Positions 1 through 11,258 of a stretch of DNA of 64,000 bases are shown piece by piece. Positions within the stretch are counted from its first letter, which is position 1. The number at the start of each line of letters is the position of its first letter. The position numbers were made by a program, and so were the translations under genes. This stretch comes from Escherichia coli (GTDB lineage: Bacteria; Pseudomonadota; Gammaproteobacteria; Enterobacterales; Enterobacteriaceae). The notes under the pieces are model-generated. The model was given only the letters and a program-made list of their open reading frames with translations, searched no databases and was not told the origin of the DNA. Where the stretch lies: the NCBI RefSeq assembly GCF_003018255.1, contig NZ_CP027440.1, one strand, 5' to 3'.

Positions 1-257
1 AGCGGGGTGGCGTGATGCATTCCGTCTCCTTTTCCTGGTGGTTATTGTCCATTTTTGGCCGGGAAAACCAAAATTACAGGTAATAGTTTATGACAATTTC
101 ATTGATGATGTTTATGAATAATTGTTGAATTTTGCAGAAAAATGGAATTAGCTGCAAAAAAAGCACGGATCGGAAAACTGAAGGCGGTTTAACAGAGGAA
201 AGGCTTATAGCGACTGTAAAACGATGCAGCCAAAGTTTGCCTTTGGCTGCAATGAAA

Positions 258-1478
258 TCAGTCTTTATGCCGGTTATCAGGCAGGAATATGGTCAACATC
301 CCCAATAGTGGCAGGAAAGCACAGATTTTATAGACTAACTCTATGCTGGTGTGGTCGGCGATAAGCCCCAGAACTGCCGCCCCCAGACCTCCCATGCCAA
401 AAGCAAAACCGAAAAAGAGTCCAGAAACCATACCGATACGTCCCGGAAGTAGCTCCTGAGCGTAGACCAGAATGGCAGAGAATGCCGAAGCGAGGATAAA
501 TCCAATAATCACCGTTAAAACCCCCGTCCAGTGCAGGCTGGCGTAGGGTAAAATCAGCGTAAACGGCGCAACGCCGAGGATAGAGCCCCAAATCACATAT
601 TTTCGCCCAATTTTATCCCCTACAGGCCCGCCGATCACCGTACCTGCCGCAACGGCAAACAGGAAGGCAAACAGATGAAGCTGGGCATTCTGGATAGATA
701 ATCCGAATTTTTGCATCAGATAAAAGGTGTAATAGCTGCTGATGCTCGCCATATAGAAATATTTCGAGAAAATGAGGATTAACAGAATGCTGACCGCCAG
801 TACCACTTTGTTGCGCGGCAGTGGATTGATAATCGTCGCTTTGGGTTTTCCTTTATTCATTCGGTGCTGTGCCGAGTACCAACGGCTAATTTGCGCCAGC
901 ACCACGATCGCCAGCAGTGCCGCAAGCACAAACCAGGCAACGTTGCCTTTGCCATAAGGCGCGATAATCACCGCCGCCAGCAAGGGGCCCAGGGAACTGC
1001 CAAAGTTGCCGCCGACCTGAAAGATAGATTGTGCCAGGCCATGCCGCCCGCCGGACGCCATACGGGCCACGCGAGAAGATTCCGGATGAAAGACCGATGA
1101 ACCGGTACCGACCAGCGCCGCCGCCAGCAGAACTGCGCCAAAACTGCCCGCCAGCGCAAGCAGCACCAGACCACTTAAGGTAAAGCACATGCCAATTGGC
1201 AACGACCACGGCATCGGATATTTATCGGTCCAGTAACCGACCACCGGTTGCAGTAGCGAAGAGGCGAGCTGGAAGGTGAGGGTTATCATGCCAATCTGCA
1301 TAAATGTCAGAGAAAACTCTGACTGAAGCAGCGGATAAATCGCCAGAATCAGCGATTGGATCATGTCGTTCAGCAGATGTGAGAGGCTGATAGCACCTAA
1401 AATACCAAACGATGTTCGGGCCTTGGTCGTTGACGCAGCCGCGCCCGCCACAGGCTGGGTTTGTTCACTCATTGCCAT
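258..1478 (-). CDS. fsr: MFS transporter, fosmidomycin resistance protein
   Basis: 406 aa ORF, multi-TM MFS-like sequence, lies upstream of ushA as in E. coli. Confidence 0.85.
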   Translation of the reverse strand: MAMSEQTQPVAGAAASTTKARTSFGILGAISLSHLLNDMIQSLILAIYPLLQSEFSLTFMQIGMITLTFQLASSLLQPVVGYWTDKYPMPWSLPIGMCFTLSGLVLLALAGSFGAVLLAAALVGTGSSVFHPESSRVARMASGGRHGLAQSIFQVGGNFGSSLGPLLAAVIIAPYGKGNVAWFVLAALLAIVVLAQISRWYSAQHRMNKGKPKATIINPLPRNKVVLAVSILLILIFSKYFYMASISSYYTFYLMQKFGLSIQNAQLHLFAFLFAVAAGTVIGGPVGDKIGRKYVIWGSILGVAPFTLILPYASLHWTGVLTVIIGFILASAFSAILVYAQELLPGRIGMVSGLFFGFAFGMGGLGAAVLGLIADHTSIELVYKICAFLPLLGMLTIFLPDNRHKD

Positions 1479-1695
1479 AGGAAAGTCACTTTTTCAGGGT
1501 TGCGATGTAAAGAATGATCTTATTTGTGATTATTACCCGACTAACATACCTGTATGCGTCGCCTGAAGGAAGTCTCAACGCTGAATACAGAATTTCTAAT
1601 CTGGATGCAGATTTATCTTCACCGGACGCAGACTTGTCTATGATGTCGCGTCATACTATTTTTCAACACGTTGAAATCAGGTCAGGGAGAGAAGT

Positions 1696-3348
1696 ATGAA
1701 ATTATTGCAGCGGGGCGTGGCGTTAGCACTGTTAACCACATTTACACTGGCGAGTGAAGCTGCTCTGGCGTATGAGCAGGATAAAACCTACAAAATTACA
1801 GTTCTGCATACCAATGATCATCATGGGCATTTTTGGCGCAATGAATATGGCGAATATGGTCTGGCGGCGCAAAAAACGCTGGTGGATGGTATCCGCAAAG
1901 AGGTTGCGGCTGAAGGCGGTAGCGTGCTGCTACTTTCCGGTGGCGACATTAACACTGGCGTGCCCGAGTCTGACTTACAGGATGCCGAACCTGATTTTCG
2001 CGGCATGAATCTGGTGGGCTACGATGCGATGGCAATCGGTAATCATGAATTTGATAACCCGCTCACCGTATTACGCCAGCAGGAAAAGTGGGCAAAGTTC
2101 CCGTTACTTTCTGCCAATATCTACCAGAAAAGTACCGGCGAGCGCCTGTTTAAACCATGGGCGCTGTTTAAGCGTCAGGATCTGAAAATTGCCGTTATTG
2201 GCCTGACGACGGATGACACAGCGAAGTTAGGCAACCCAGAAAACTTCACCGATATTGAGTTCCGTAAGCCCGCCGATGAAGCGAAGCTGGTGATTCAGGA
2301 GCTGCAACAGACAGAAAAGCCAGACATTATTATCGCGGCGACCCATATGGGGCATTACGACAATGGTGAGCACGGCTCTAATGCACCGGGCGATGTGGAG
2401 ATGGCACGCGCGCTGCCTGCCGGATCGCTGGCGATGATCGTCGGTGGTCACTCGCAAGATCCGGTCTGCATGGCGGCAGAAAACAAAAAACAGGTCGATT
2501 ACGTGCCGGGTACGCCATGTAAACCGGATCAACAAAACGGCATCTGGATTGTGCAGGCGCATGAGTGGGGCAAATACGTGGGGCGGGCCGACTTTGAGTT
2601 TCGTAATGGCGAAATGAAAATGGTTAACTACCAGCTGATTCCGGTGAACCTGAAGAAGAAAGTGACCTGGGAAGACGGGAAAAGCGAGCGTGTGCTTTAT
2701 ACCCCTGAAATCGCTGAAAACCAGCAAATGATCTCGCTGTTATCGCCGTTCCAGAACAAAGGCAAAGCGCAGCTGGAAGTGAAAATAGGCGAAACCAATG
2801 GTCGTCTGGAAGGCGATCGTGACAAAGTACGTTTTGTACAGACCAATATGGGGCGGTTGATTCTGGCAGCACAAATGGATCGCACTGGTGCCGACTTTGC
2901 GGTGATGAGCGGAGGCGGAATTCGTGATTCTATCGAAGCAGGTGATATCAGCTATAAAAACGTACTGAAAGTGCAGCCATTCGGCAATGTGGTGGTGTAT
3001 GCCGACATGACCGGTAAAGAGGTGATTGATTACCTGACCGCCGTCGCACAAATGAAGCCAGATTCAGGTGCCTACCCGCAATTTGCCAACGTTAGCTTTG
3101 TGGCGAAAGACGGCAAACTCAACGACCTGAAAATCAAAGGCGAACCGGTCGATCCGGCGAAAACTTACCGCATGGCGACATTAAACTTCAATGCCACCGG
3201 CGGGGATGGCTATCCGCGCCTTGATAACAAACCGGGCTATGTGAATACCGGCTTTATTGATGCCGAAGTGCTGAAAGCGTATATCCAGAAAAGCTCGCCG
3301 CTGGATGTGAGTGTTTATGAACCGAAAGGTGAGGTGAGCTGGCAGTAA
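1696..3348 (+). CDS. ushA: UDP-sugar hydrolase / 5'-nucleotidase (periplasmic)
   Basis: 550 aa, signal peptide, metallophosphoesterase motifs (DHHG, GNHEFD). Confidence 0.95.
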   Translation: MKLLQRGVALALLTTFTLASEAALAYEQDKTYKITVLHTNDHHGHFWRNEYGEYGLAAQKTLVDGIRKEVAAEGGSVLLLSGGDINTGVPESDLQDAEPDFRGMNLVGYDAMAIGNHEFDNPLTVLRQQEKWAKFPLLSANIYQKSTGERLFKPWALFKRQDLKIAVIGLTTDDTAKLGNPENFTDIEFRKPADEAKLVIQELQQTEKPDIIIAATHMGHYDNGEHGSNAPGDVEMARALPAGSLAMIVGGHSQDPVCMAAENKKQVDYVPGTPCKPDQQNGIWIVQAHEWGKYVGRADFEFRNGEMKMVNYQLIPVNLKKKVTWEDGKSERVLYTPEIAENQQMISLLSPFQNKGKAQLEVKIGETNGRLEGDRDKVRFVQTNMGRLILAAQMDRTGADFAVMSGGGIRDSIEAGDISYKNVLKVQPFGNVVVYADMTGKEVIDYLTAVAQMKPDSGAYPQFANVSFVAKDGKLNDLKIKGEPVDPAKTYRMATLNFNATGGDGYPRLDNKPGYVNTGFIDAEVLKAYIQKSSPLDVSVYEPKGEVSWQ

Positions 3349-3355
3349 TCCGAAA

Positions 3356-3379
3356 GTGCCGGATGTTCGCATCCGGCAC
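3356..3379. terminator. GC-rich hairpin between convergent ushA and ybaK, likely bidirectional terminator
   Basis: inverted repeat gtgccggatg-ttcg-catccggcac read directly. Confidence 0.45.
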
Positions 3380-3384
3380 AATGC

Positions 3385-3879
<495 letters not shown>

Positions 3880-4067
3880 TTAAACAAAAAAACGAAGCAA
3901 GCATACGCCTGATGGCGGTCCAAAAAAAAGAGTCATCTTGCCTAAGAGTATTGGCAGGATGGTGAGATTGAGCGACAATCGAGTTACACCGTCGCTTAAA
4001 GTGACGGCATAATAATAAAAATATGAAATTCCTCTTTGACGGGCCAATAGCGATATTGGCCATTTTT

Positions 4068-4862
4068 TTAGCGCAACATCTGCGGCAAATTCCCTTCTCC
4101 ATACAGGTGTAGTGCACCGACCGCGACCACATATCGCCCCGGCGGCATGGCGCGTAATTTGTCCCGCCAGGCGAGATTTCGCTGATGCATCAGCACATCG
4201 TACAGCGACTGACTGAACGTATTAGGCAGCGTTATTTCATTATTTTGTGGCGGTGTATTCAGCCACCAGCTCATCATTTGTTGCAGCAACCGTGCGTTGG
4301 TGTGCCAGTGGGTCAGCGTATCGTCCAGCAGCGCCAGTCCGTTGTCAGGGAGCTGGAGCAACATGGCAATCTGGTTTTCTGCCCCTTCCAGTTCAATCAC
4401 GGGTTTATGTTGTTGCTTCGCCGCCTGCAATAGCTGGTAATCGATACCGTATTCTGCCCGCAGCCCCAGTTTTTGTGCCTGCGTCGCCTGAAGAACCATC
4501 GCGATTTGCCACAGCGGTTGAGTAGAAAAGAGCGACGGAGAAATGCCCATCTCCTGGCTAATATGCTGCAGATTTTGGAGTTGCTCCTCGCTAATGCGCT
4601 CTTCCAGCGTCTCGCAGGCAGGCAAATTAGCAAAAGGCGTATCGCTGGTGGAAACATCCGCCTCGACGATCAGCGCATCGGCGTTTTTGAGCTTTTTGAG
4701 CAAACGGGTGGGCAGGGGAGCCATATCGTGGCTACCCATATGAATACTGCCAATCAGATGAAAATGGCGATTGCCGGGAAGAGAGATATCGATAGCAGGC
4801 CAGGTGTAATGATTACCGCGCAGCGCGGCCCAAAGCGTTTTTACCCGGTACAACAGATCCAT
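4068..4862 (-). CDS. ybaP: TraB/GumN-family protein
   Basis: 264 aa ORF, conserved position. Confidence 0.8.
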   Translation of the reverse strand: MDLLYRVKTLWAALRGNHYTWPAIDISLPGNRHFHLIGSIHMGSHDMAPLPTRLLKKLKNADALIVEADVSTSDTPFANLPACETLEERISEEQLQNLQHISQEMGISPSLFSTQPLWQIAMVLQATQAQKLGLRAEYGIDYQLLQAAKQQHKPVIELEGAENQIAMLLQLPDNGLALLDDTLTHWHTNARLLQQMMSWWLNTPPQNNEITLPNTFSQSLYDVLMHQRNLAWRDKLRAMPPGRYVVAVGALHLYGEGNLPQMLR

Positions 4863-4994
4863 ACGACCTCCCTTTGTGAAATATCATGCTAGCGCGCGGG
4901 GAGGGATGGCGCAAATGGAGTTGATTGTTGCACTTGCGCACAGTGCTTGTGTGCATTACAATGATTAAATAATGGACAAGGAGATGAGAGAGGA

Positions 4995-5297
4995 ATGGCT
5001 CAAAAGAAAAATATAAGGAGTTTTCGTGATGCCTGGTTGGCTGATTTTTTTGTCCATTCAACGCCACATCGAAAGATCCCTGCTGAAATCCATACCACGT
5101 TATCACGAAAGTTGGACATCATTAATGCTGCCACTTCTCATCGGGATTTACGCTCCCCTCCGGGGAACCGATACGAAGAGTTATCCGGGAAATTACAGGA
5201 ATACTCCTCCATTAGAGTGAATAAACAGTACCGACTGATTTTTAAATGGGTTAATGGCAAGGCCGAAGAATTGTTTTTAGACCCACACAACTACTAA
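4995..5297 (+). CDS. HigB-like (RelE/ParE superfamily, plasmid-maintenance killer type) toxin
   Basis: 100 aa, C-terminal ...IFKWVNGKAEELFLDPHNY typical of HigB killer proteins, directly upstream of HigA-like gene, SD gagagg before ATG. Confidence 0.65.
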   Translation: MAQKKNIRSFRDAWLADFFVHSTPHRKIPAEIHTTLSRKLDIINAATSHRDLRSPPGNRYEELSGKLQEYSSIRVNKQYRLIFKWVNGKAEELFLDPHNY

Positions 5298-5332
5298 AAC
5301 ATAGCTGTCGTATTGACGAGAAAGGTAAAACT

Positions 5333-5674
5333 ATGAAACAGGCAACAAGAAAACCGACGACACCCGGAGATATTCTTCTCTATGAATATCTGGAACCGCT
5401 CGATTTGAAAATCAATGAGTTAGCAGAGTTGCTGCATGTTCATCGTAATAGCGTCAGTGCACTGATCAATAACAATCGTAAACTCACCACTGAGATGGCA
5501 TTCCGTCTGGCGAAAGTTTTTGATACCACAGTCGATTTTTGGCTAAACCTCCAGGCGGCAGTTGATCTTTGGGAAGTTGAAAACAACATGCGTACCCAGG
5601 AAGAATTGGGACGGATTGAAACAGTGGCTGAATATTTGGCACGCCGTGAAGAGCGTGCAAAAAAGGTCGCGTAG
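5333..5674 (+). CDS. ybaQ: HigA-like antitoxin, XRE-family HTH regulator
   Basis: 113 aa, HTH block ...ELAELLHVHRNSVSALINNNRKLTTEMAFRLAKVF..FWLNLQ. Confidence 0.8.
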   Translation: MKQATRKPTTPGDILLYEYLEPLDLKINELAELLHVHRNSVSALINNNRKLTTEMAFRLAKVFDTTVDFWLNLQAAVDLWEVENNMRTQEELGRIETVAEYLARREERAKKVA

Positions 5675-5731
5675 AATAATTTCCCTATAACGGATGCGCC
5701 ACCCTAAAGCAGTGCATCCGCAATGATGTAC

Positions 5732-8236
5732 TTATTCCTTCGGTTTAAACCGCAGCAACCGGTTGGCGTTACTCACTACGGTAATCGACGAGAGCGCCAT
5801 TGCCGCTCCGGCGACCACCGGGTTAAGCAGCGTACCGGTGAACGGCCACAAAATACCGGCGGCGACCGGAATACCAATGCTGTTGTAGATAAACGCACCG
5901 AGCAGGTTCTGCTTCATGTTGCGCAGCGTTGCGCGGGAAATTGCGAGCGCATCCGCAACACCCATCAGGCTATGGCGCATCAGGGTAATCGCCGCGGTTT
6001 CAATGGCAACATCACTGCCGCCACCCATCGCAATACCGACATCCGCCTGAGCCAGCGCTGGCGCATCGTTAATGCCGTCGCCCACCATTGCTACCTGACG
6101 TCCTTCACTTTGCAGACGTTTGATCGCTTCGGCTTTACCGTCTGGCAGCACGCCGGCTATCACCTCATCAATCCCTGCTTCTTTAGCGATCGCATTGGCG
6201 GTGGTCGGGTTATCCCCGGTTAGCATCACCAGGCGATATCCCGCTTTATGCAGGCGTTGCAGCGCCGCCACGCTATCACTACGCAACGGATCGCGTACAG
6301 CCAGCAGGGCTACCGCTTTCCCGTCAACCGCCAGCAGCACAGGCGTTGCCCCTTGCGATGCCTGAGCTGAAATATCTGCTTCAATTGCTTTGGTATCGAC
6401 CTGTTGGTCATTTAACAGCGCCTGATTACCCAGCAATACCGCATGACCTTCAGCTTCACCGCTCACACCCAGCCCGCGCAATGTGCGGAAACCGTTGACC
6501 TGCGGCAGCTGCATATCACCTGCTTTATCGAGGATCGCCCGTGCCAGCGGGTGGCTGGAACCTTGCTCCAGCGCCGCCGCCAGACGCAGCGCCTGCGCTT
6601 CATCAACATCAGCAAATGTTTTTACTGCGACAACCTGCGGCTTCCCTTCGGTCAGCGTCCCGGTTTTATCGAACACCACGGTGTCGAGCGTACTGGCGCG
6701 TTGCAGCGCGTCGGCGTCCCGCACCAGCACGCCAAACTCAGCCGCCCGCCCGACGCCCGAAATAATCGACATCGGCGTCGCCAGTCCCAGCGCACACGGA
6801 CAGGCGATAATCAGCACCGTGGTGGCAATCACCAGGGTATAAACAATTTGCGGTGCCGGGCCAAAGAAATACCAGATTGCCGCACTGACCAGCGCAATGA
6901 CTACCACCACCGGCACAAACACAGCGGAGATTTTATCCGCCAGTTGACCGATTTCTGGCTTGCTGCTCTGGGCCTGTCGCACCATGCGAATGATCCGTGA
7001 CAGCGTAGTATGGCTGCCGACCGCACTGGCGCGAAACAGCACACTGCCGTCCTGTACCACTGTCCCGGCATGGACGCTATCGCCTTCGCCTTTTTGCTGC
7101 GGGATTGGTTCGCCCGTCAGCATCGCTTCATCCAGCCACGCTTCGCCCTGGGTAATTTCACCATCTACCGGCACCCGATCACCCGTCGTCAGGCGCAGCA
7201 ACATACCTGGCTGAACATCTGCCAGCGGCACGTTTTTTTCACCTTCGTTGGTGACCAGGCGCGCCGTCGGTGGGGTTAAATCGAGTAATTTCTCCAGCGC
7301 CTTAGAAGAACGCTGACGTGCGCGCGCTTCCAGCATATGACCGAGATTAATCAGACCGATAATCATCGCACTGGCTTCATAGTAAAGATGTCGCGCTTCC
7401 ATCGGGAACCACTGCGGCCACAGGTTGACGCTCATTGAATAGAGCCACGCCACGCCCGTACCCAGCGCCACCAGCGTATCCATCGTCGCTGCACCGTTCA
7501 GCAGGCTTTTCCATGCGCTGCGGTAAAAATGGCCGCCGGCGAAAACCATTACCGCCAGGGTTATCAGGCCGATAACCAACCACAGGCTGCGGTTGTCGGC
7601 GGTGACCATCATGTTATCGCCGATCATCCCCCAGACCATCACCGGGATACCCACCGCCAGTGCGACAATCGCCTGCCAGCGGAAGCGCTTCATCGTAGCG
7701 ACGGCGGTTTCTTGCTGGCGCTCGCGGCGTTTAGCGTCATCTTCAATCGCTTCCGCGCCGTAGCCCGCTTTTTCCACCGCCTGCACTAAATCTTGTGGGG
7801 AGGCACTGCCCATCACCAGCGCAGTACGCTCCGCCAGGTTTACCCGTGCCTGAGTGACGCCCGGTACGCTTTGCAACGCATTTTGTACGCGGGTGACACA
7901 GCTGGCGCAGCTCATGCCGCTCAGCAGCAACTGCTGGCTGTCATCGTCATCGGCGGTCGCTGCCGGAAGCGCCTCAGAAACCGCTGTCAGTGCTTCCGAC
8001 GGGATTGATGACTCCGCCAGCGGTTTAGCCTTTGGGTGGCTTACAGATGCGTCATAACCCGCTTGTTTGATGGTTTCGATCAGCTGTTCTGCACTGGCAG
8101 TCCCGGTAACGTGCGCTTCAGTGACAGACACATCCGCCTGCTCAACATCCGGGCGCTGTTCGAGACTTTCTTTCACGCGTTTAACGCAGTGACCGCAGGA
8201 CAGGCCGTCCAGGGTCAGGTCGATAGTTTGTGACAT
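5732..8236 (-). CDS. copA: Cu(I)-exporting P-type ATPase
   Basis: 834 aa, two N-terminal GxxCxxC metal-binding domains, CPC motif, DKTGT phosphorylation motif. Confidence 0.97.
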   Translation of the reverse strand: MSQTIDLTLDGLSCGHCVKRVKESLEQRPDVEQADVSVTEAHVTGTASAEQLIETIKQAGYDASVSHPKAKPLAESSIPSEALTAVSEALPAATADDDDSQQLLLSGMSCASCVTRVQNALQSVPGVTQARVNLAERTALVMGSASPQDLVQAVEKAGYGAEAIEDDAKRRERQQETAVATMKRFRWQAIVALAVGIPVMVWGMIGDNMMVTADNRSLWLVIGLITLAVMVFAGGHFYRSAWKSLLNGAATMDTLVALGTGVAWLYSMSVNLWPQWFPMEARHLYYEASAMIIGLINLGHMLEARARQRSSKALEKLLDLTPPTARLVTNEGEKNVPLADVQPGMLLRLTTGDRVPVDGEITQGEAWLDEAMLTGEPIPQQKGEGDSVHAGTVVQDGSVLFRASAVGSHTTLSRIIRMVRQAQSSKPEIGQLADKISAVFVPVVVVIALVSAAIWYFFGPAPQIVYTLVIATTVLIIACPCALGLATPMSIISGVGRAAEFGVLVRDADALQRASTLDTVVFDKTGTLTEGKPQVVAVKTFADVDEAQALRLAAALEQGSSHPLARAILDKAGDMQLPQVNGFRTLRGLGVSGEAEGHAVLLGNQALLNDQQVDTKAIEADISAQASQGATPVLLAVDGKAVALLAVRDPLRSDSVAALQRLHKAGYRLVMLTGDNPTTANAIAKEAGIDEVIAGVLPDGKAEAIKRLQSEGRQVAMVGDGINDAPALAQADVGIAMGGGSDVAIETAAITLMRHSLMGVADALAISRATLRNMKQNLLGAFIYNSIGIPVAAGILWPFTGTLLNPVVAGAAMALSSITVVSNANRLLRFKPKE
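8030..8036 (-). other. slippery heptamer C_CCA_AAG at copA codons 67-69, site of programmed -1 frameshift giving the CopA(Z) chaperone
   Basis: heptamer located by frame arithmetic from the copA start; function from literature. Confidence 0.55.
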
Positions 8237-8284
8237 AAAACACTCCTTTTAAGACAGTTTTGACTGGCTGTGATAAAGGTTAAA

Positions 8285-8303
8285 CCTTCCAGCAAGGGGA
8301 AGG
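8285..8303 (-). promoter_or_regulatory. CueR operator inside MerR-type copA promoter (19-bp spacer)
   Basis: dyad ccttccagcaaggggaagg between ttgacc (-35) and taacct (-10) on the copA strand. Confidence 0.75.
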
Positions 8304-8498
8304 TCAAGAAATTAATAAACCAGGCGGGTAAAAGTCCGTAAAGATTAAAAAATCGGCTCGATTTGCATCAGGATTAGACATTTATCTCTTTGTTTTCCTG
8401 TAGTTAAGTTGCGGGTGCTAAGTTAAATCAGGATGCCTGAAAATTGGCACCGGGGTGAGGAATTACCTCCCGCATCTATAAAAAGGAGTTAACAAAAG

Positions 8499-9431
8499 AT
8501 GTTAGATGCAAACAAATTACAGCAGGCAGTGGATCAGGCTTACACCCAATTTCACTCACTTAACGGCGGACAAAATGCCGACTACATTCCCTTTCTGGCG
8601 AATGTACCTGGTCAACTGGCAGCAGTGGCTATTGTGACCTGCGATGGCAACATCTATCGCGCGGGTGATAGTGATTACCGCTTTGCGCTAGAATCCATCT
8701 CGAAAGTCTGTACGTTAGCCCTTGCGTTAGAAGATGTCGGCCCGCAGGCGGTACAGGACAAAGTTGGCGCTGACCCGACCGGATTGCCCTTTAACTCAGT
8801 TATCGCCTTAGAGTTGCATGGCGGCAAACCGCTGTCGCCACTGGTAAATGCTGGCGCTATTGCCACCACCAGCCTGATTAACGCTGAAAATGCCGAACAA
8901 CGCTGGCAGCGAATTTTACATATCCAACAACAACTGGCTGGTGAGCAGGTAGCGCTCTCTGATGAAGTCAACCAGTCGGAACAAACAACCAACTTCCATA
9001 ACCGGGCCATTGCCTGGCTGCTGTACTCCGCCGGATATCTCTATTGTGATGCAATGGAAGCCTGTGACGTGTACACCCGTCAGTGCTCCACGCTCATCAA
9101 TACTGTTGAACTGGCAACGCTTGGCGCGACGCTGGCGGCGGGTGGTGTGAATCCGCTGACGCATAAACGCGTTCTTCAGGCCGACAACGTGCCGTACATT
9201 CTGGCTGAAATGATGATGGAAGGGCTGTATGGTCGCTCCGGTGACTGGGCGTATCGCGTTGGTTTACCGGGCAAAAGCGGTGTAGGTGGCGGTATTCTGG
9301 CGGTCGTCCCTGGCGTGATGGGAATTGCCGCGTTCTCACCACCGCTGGACGAAGAAGGCAACAGTGTTCGCGGTCAAAAAATGGTGGCATCGGTCGCTAA
9401 GCAACTCGGCTATAACGTGTTTAAGGGCTGA
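8499..9431 (+). CDS. glsA: glutaminase 1
   Basis: 310 aa, serine-dependent glutaminase family, operon with ybaT. Confidence 0.9.
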   Translation: MLDANKLQQAVDQAYTQFHSLNGGQNADYIPFLANVPGQLAAVAIVTCDGNIYRAGDSDYRFALESISKVCTLALALEDVGPQAVQDKVGADPTGLPFNSVIALELHGGKPLSPLVNAGAIATTSLINAENAEQRWQRILHIQQQLAGEQVALSDEVNQSEQTTNFHNRAIAWLLYSAGYLYCDAMEACDVYTRQCSTLINTVELATLGATLAAGGVNPLTHKRVLQADNVPYILAEMMMEGLYGRSGDWAYRVGLPGKSGVGGGILAVVPGVMGIAAFSPPLDEEGNSVRGQKMVASVAKQLGYNVFKG

Positions 9432-9433
9432 TC

Positions 9434-10726
9434 ATGATGAACACGGAAGGTAATAACGATAACAAACCCCTCGGTCTATGGAACGTCGTTTCCATCGGTA
9501 TTGGGGCAATGGTGGGGGCGGGGATCTTCGCGCTGCTGGGGCAGGCTGCGTTGCTAATGGAAGCCTCGACCTGGGTCGCCTTTGCTTTTGGCGGTATTGT
9601 GGCGATGTTTTCCGGTTATGCCTATGCGCGCCTAGGGGCGAGCTATCCCAGCAATGGCGGTATTATCGACTTCTTTCGTCGCGGATTAGGCAACGGCGTC
9701 TTTTCGCTGGCACTCTCGTTATTGTACCTGTTGACGCTGGCGGTGAGCATCGCCATGGTCGCCCGTGCTTTTGGCGCTTATGCCGTGCAGTTTTTGCATG
9801 AAGGCAGTCAGGAGGAGCACCTTATATTGCTCTACGCGTTGGGGATCATTGCGGTGATGACGCTTTTCAACTCCTTAAGCAACCATGCGGTAGGGCGGCT
9901 GGAAGTGATCCTCGTCGGCATTAAAATGATGATCCTGTTATTGCTGATCATTGCCGGTGTCTGGTCGCTGCAACCGGCGCATATTTCCGTCTCTGCGCCC
10001 CCCAGCTCCGGTGCGTTCTTCTCCTGTATCGGGATAACCTTCCTTGCCTATGCGGGCTTTGGCATGATGGCGAACGCGGCGGATAAAGTGAAAGATCCGC
10101 AGGTCATTATGCCACGGGCGTTTCTGGTGGCGATTGGCGTTACCACGTTGCTTTATATCTCGCTGGCGCTGGTTTTGCTTAGCGATGTATCGGCATTAGA
10201 GTTAGAAAAATATGCCGATACCGCCGTAGCGCAGGCTGCTTCTCCGCTGCTCGGGCATGTGGGTTATGTGATCGTCGTCATCGGCGCTTTACTGGCGACG
10301 GCTTCAGCCATAAACGCGAACCTGTTCGCCGTGTTTAACATCATGGACAACATGGGCAGCGAACGCGAACTGCCGAAGCTAATGAATAAATCCCTGTGGC
10401 GGCAGAGTACCTGGGGCAACATCATTGTCGTGGTGCTGATTATGCTGATGACGGCGGCGCTGAATTTAGGCTCACTCGCCAGCGTTGCCAGCGCCACCTT
10501 TTTGATCTGCTATCTGGCGGTGTTTGTGGTGGCGATCCGCCTGCGTCATGATATTCACGCCTCGTTGCCGATTCTTATCGTTGGTACGTTGGTTATGTTG
10601 TTGGTGATCGTTGGCTTTATCTACAGTCTCTGGTCCCAGGGCAGCCGTGCGCTGATATGGATTATTGGCGCACTCTTACTCAGCCTTATTGTGGCAATGG
10701 TCATGAAGCGCAATAAAACTGTATAA
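9434..10726 (+). CDS. ybaT: APC-family amino acid permease
   Basis: 430 aa polytopic membrane protein. Confidence 0.85.
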   Translation: MMNTEGNNDNKPLGLWNVVSIGIGAMVGAGIFALLGQAALLMEASTWVAFAFGGIVAMFSGYAYARLGASYPSNGGIIDFFRRGLGNGVFSLALSLLYLLTLAVSIAMVARAFGAYAVQFLHEGSQEEHLILLYALGIIAVMTLFNSLSNHAVGRLEVILVGIKMMILLLLIIAGVWSLQPAHISVSAPPSSGAFFSCIGITFLAYAGFGMMANAADKVKDPQVIMPRAFLVAIGVTTLLYISLALVLLSDVSALELEKYADTAVAQAASPLLGHVGYVIVVIGALLATASAINANLFAVFNIMDNMGSERELPKLMNKSLWRQSTWGNIIVVVLIMLMTAALNLGSLASVASATFLICYLAVFVVAIRLRHDIHASLPILIVGTLVMLLVIVGFIYSLWSQGSRALIWIIGALLLSLIVAMVMKRNKTV

Positions 10727-10850
10727 CATCTCTCTGTGCGCAGTACCTCCTGTATTATTGTGGTGGCGGTCGATATTCGCACTGGCAAAAAAACGTGCTT
10801 GAATATCTGTTGAAACCCTTTAACAAAGCACAGGAGGCGTTGCGCGAACG

Positions 10851-11258
10851 ATGAACATTAGCGATGTAGCAAAAATTACCGGCCTGACCAGCAAAGCCAT
10901 TCGCTTCTATGAAGAGAAGGGGCTGGTGACGCCGCCGATGCGCAGCGAAAACGGTTATCGCACCTACACGCAGCAGCATCTCAACGAACTGACCTTACTG
11001 CGCCAGGCACGCCAGGTGGGCTTTAACCTGGAGGAGAGCGGCGAACTGGTGAATCTGTTTAACGATCCGCAGCGTCACAGCGCCGACGTCAAACGTCGTA
11101 CGCTGGAGAAAGTGGCGGAGATCGAACAGCATATCGAAGAACTGCAATCCATGCGTAACCAGCTGCTGGCGCTGGCGAATGCCTGCCCCGGTGATGACAG
11201 CGCCGACTGCCCGATTATCGAAAATCTCTCCGGCTGCTGTCATCATCGGGCGGGGTGA
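10851..11258 (+). CDS. cueR: MerR-family Cu-responsive regulator
   Basis: 135 aa, N-terminal MerR HTH, C-terminal Cys pair (CPGDDSADC). Confidence 0.95.
   Translation: MNISDVAKITGLTSKAIRFYEEKGLVTPPMRSENGYRTYTQQHLNELTLLRQARQVGFNLEESGELVNLFNDPQRHSADVKRRTLEKVAEIEQHIEELQSMRNQLLALANACPGDDSADCPIIENLSGCCHHRAG

Noticed and set aside
5723-8233. Many 60-190 aa ORFs in alternative frames and on the opposite strand within copA
   Set aside because: All nested in a well-supported 834-aa gene; Arg/Pro/Ala-rich translations typical of GC-rich antisense frames.
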